From Eledone cirrhosa (Eukaryota), in NCBI GenBank assembly GCA_964016885.1, contig OZ024743.1:117490001-117554000 (forward strand): a stretch of 64,000 bases of DNA. Reading direction: 5' to 3'. A model generated the notes under the pieces. The model ran no database searches. It worked only from the letters and a program-made list of their open reading frames with translations, and was not told the origin of the DNA. How positions within the stretch are numbered: the first letter of the stretch is position 1; each line of letters begins with the position of its first letter. Of the stretch, positions 61,359 through 64,000 are shown one piece after another. Made by a program: the position numbers and the translations under genes.

Positions 61359-61664
61359 TGCAGACTTATTATTTTCTCAAATATTTCTAATGATTTTGAT
61401 AGAGAACTATATATGATTTAAATAACAAATAATCGAATGGGTCCTTTGTCAGTCATCAAAAAGTCACTTTTAATTTAGTAGACACCAAATAATACCAACT
61501 ATCAGCAAAACGTCATATAGTTCGGGTGTGATTTTGAACATTTAGTTCCGATTCAATAAAAGAGGAATATTAGACGACAATATCAGCTATTCAGTTTATC
61601 AATTCAAATAATGTGTTGAACATTCTAAACGAAACCGTCTATATATGAATGTATAGTAAGAGCT

Positions 61665-61670
61665 GTCTCT

Positions 61671-61703
<33 letters not shown>

Positions 61704-61738
61704 TTGAAAGGTTGGTGGTTCAAGTCCATCCAGGGACG
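61665..61738 (+). tRNA. tRNA-Asn-GTT: tRNA-Asn(GTT), unit 50 (C39T, C64T)
   Basis: As unit 42. Confidence 0.8.
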
Positions 61739-62076
61739 TAGTAGTCTAGTTTTGCTTTAGAAACATTACTAAAAAATCTGTATATTTAGGTTTACAGCTT
61801 GCATTTAGAATTATTTGTAACACTAATACATGTTTCAATATATTAGCCTGATAAAGATTAATTTTGCTTTACGTTACCTAAACCATTTCATCTCTACTGG
61901 ATTGTATTTCACCAAAAATCTTCATATTTCTATCTTAAACGAACACTGATCATCATCTGATGGAACATATAAAGTGTATGTTATAAAAAAAATTCAAATG
62001 TTTTAACAATCTAAAGTAGATTATATTTATGTTTGTTTAAGTTCTTTCGTAAATATACATTCAGCACGCACCATTG

Positions 62077-62149
62077 ATCTGGCTAGCTCAGTCGGTAGAG
62101 CAGGAGACACTTAATCTCAGAGTCCAGAGTTCGTGTCCAACGTTGGGTG
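62077..62149 (+). pseudogene. tRNA-Lys-CTT: pseudo-tRNA-Lys(CTT), unit 50
   Basis: As unit 35. Confidence 0.85.
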
Positions 62150-62544
62150 AAAATGGTATTGTTTCCATGATATGTTTTATAAAATTGACATTAATATTAA
62201 TATTACGAAATAATTATATGGTACATTCATGTATCATGATCAATTGATATTCACCCTAAATATCTAATTGCAAAGCGAAATTTTCAGTGAGTTTTCAAAG
62301 CATTCTTATATATTTATGAAATTATTTTGCTATAGGTATGATATGAATTTACTAATATTAATTTTAGTATATAGAACATGCAACAGGAATAAGCAAGTTC
62401 AATTCAAATATTTATGTTTTACATATAAATTACTCGTTTCTAAATCATAAATGATTATATTTCTCGAAGTATTTGTTTAATATAAATATATTGTGGCGAT
62501 GCTGATGTAATTATGACGTCAAATAGAGAGTCACTAGCTGTACA

Positions 62545-62617
62545 GCCGAAATAGCTCAGTTGGGAGAGCGTTAGACTGAAGATCTAAAGGTCCCCTGTTC
62601 AATCCCGGGTTTCGGCA
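62545..62617 (+). tRNA. tRNA-Phe-GAA: tRNA-Phe(GAA), unit 50
   Basis: As unit 1. Confidence 0.9.
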
Positions 62618-62923
62618 TGCAGACTTATTATTTTCTCAAATATTTCTAATGATTTTGATAGAGAACTATATATGATTTAAATAACAATTAATCGAATGGT
62701 TCATTTGTCAGTCATCAAAAAGTCACTTTTATTTTAGTAGACACCAAATAATACCAACTATCAGCAAAACATCATATAGTTCAGGTGTGTTTTTGAACAT
62801 TTAGTTCCGATTCAATAAAAGAGGAATATTAGACGACAATATCAGCTATTCAGTTTATCAATTCAAATAATGTGTTGAACATCCTAAACGAAACCGTCTA
62901 TATTGGAATGTATAGTAAGAGCT

Positions 62924-62929
62924 GTCTCT

Positions 62930-62963
<34 letters not shown>

Positions 62964-62997
62964 TGAAAGGTTGGTGGTGCAAGTCCACCCAGGGACG
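62924..62997 (+). tRNA. tRNA-Asn-GTT: tRNA-Asn(GTT), unit 51 (T55G; probable pseudogene)
   Basis: As unit 37. Confidence 0.65.
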
Positions 62998-63335
62998 TAA
63001 TAGTCTACTTTTGCTTTAGAAACATTACTAAAATATCTGTATATTTAGGTTTACAGCTTGCATTTAGAATTATTTGTAACACTAATACATGTTTCAATAT
63101 ATTAGCCTGATAAAGATTAATTTTGCTTTACGTTACCTAAACCATTTAATCTCTACTGTATCGTATTTCACCAAAAATCTTCATATTTCTATCTTAAACG
63201 AACACTGATCATCATCTGATGGAACATATAAAGTGTATGTTATAAAAAAAATTCAAATGTTTTAACAATCTAAAGTAGATTATATTTATGTTTGTTTAAG
63301 TTCTTTCGTAAATATACATTCAGCACGCACCATTG

Positions 63336-63408
63336 ATCTGGCTAGCTCAGTCGGTAGAGCAGGAGACACTTAATCTCAGAGTCCAGAGTTCGTGTCCAAC
63401 GTTGGGTG
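63336..63408 (+). pseudogene. tRNA-Lys-CTT: pseudo-tRNA-Lys(CTT), unit 51
   Basis: As unit 35. Confidence 0.85.
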
Positions 63409-63807
63409 AAAATGGTATTGTTTCCATGATATGTTTTATAAAATTGACATTAATATTAATATTACGAAATAATTATATGGTACATTCATGTATCATGATC
63501 AATTGATATTCACCCTAAATATCTAATTGCAAAGCGAAATTTTCAGTGAGTTTTCAAAGCATTCTTATATATTTATGAAATTATTTTGCTATAGGTATGA
63601 TATGAATTTACTAATATTAATTTTAGTATATAGAACTTGCAACAGGAATAAGCAAGTTCAATTCAAATATTTATGTTTTATATAAATAAAAATTACTCGT
63701 TTCTAAATCATAAATGATTATATTTCTCGAAGTATTTGTTTAATATAAATATATTGTGGCGATACTGATGTAATTATGACGTCAAATAGAGAGTCACTAG
63801 CTGTACA

Positions 63808-63880
63808 GCCGAAATTGCTCAGTTGGGAGAGCGTTAGACTGAAGATCTAAAGGTCCCCTGTTCAATCCCGGGTTTCGGCA
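63808..63880 (+). tRNA. tRNA-Phe-GAA: tRNA-Phe(GAA), unit 51 (A9T)
   Basis: As unit 43. Confidence 0.82.
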
Positions 63881-64000
63881 TGCAGACTTATTATTTTCTC
63901 AAATATTTCTAATGATTTTGATAGAGAACTATATATGATTTAAATAACAATTAATCGAATGGTTCCTTTGTCAGTCATCAAAAAGTCACTTTTATTTTAG

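Larger units (their letters stand above)
1..64000 (+). repeat. Tandem array (macrosatellite) of ~1257-bp [tRNA-Asn, pseudo-tRNA-Lys, tRNA-Phe] units, 51 units, open at both window ends
   Basis: Same sequence recurs at exactly 1257 bp for units 1-24 (Asn starts 21, 1278, 2535 ... 28932), then at 1256-1263 bp owing to small indels. Confidence 0.99.
51557..64000 (+). repeat. 4-unit higher-order repeat, period 5044 bp (~2.5 copies, units 42-51)
   Basis: Unit lengths 1259+1263+1263+1259; markers recur at 5044 bp (ORF starts 52180, 57224, 62268; GTTCGAT at 56298, 61342). Confidence 0.92.

Noticed and set aside
1-64000. CRISPR-like repeat/spacer array
   Set aside because: The spacers are themselves repeated, the unit is 1257 bp, there are no cas genes, and the tRNAs are eukaryotic type

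Overview
The whole window is one uninterrupted head-to-tail tandem array of a ~1257-bp AT-rich unit (51 units, the last truncated; unit length 1256-1263 bp; near-identical by eye). Each unit carries three + strand Pol III-type tRNA loci in fixed order: tRNA-Asn(GTT), a structurally broken tRNA-Lys(CTT)-like pseudogene, and tRNA-Phe(GAA). That gives 153 loci, none with encoded CCA or introns, nearly all followed by a T4 terminator. The tRNA sequences are of the metazoan nuclear type. No credible protein-coding gene is present; the repeated 60-aa ORF is a spacer artefact. Diagnostic SNPs and indels show satellite-like higher-order repeats (a 5-mer of 6285 bp, 4-mer blocks followed by 3-mer derivatives, a 4-mer of 5044 bp), chimeric units, many CpG/TpG polymorphisms and co-amplified damaging tRNA alleles. 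I see no convincing new protein-based system. The most notable object is a tRNA-gene macrosatellite evolving like centromeric HOR DNA. Canonical tRNA comparisons are from memory and all alignments were done by eye.
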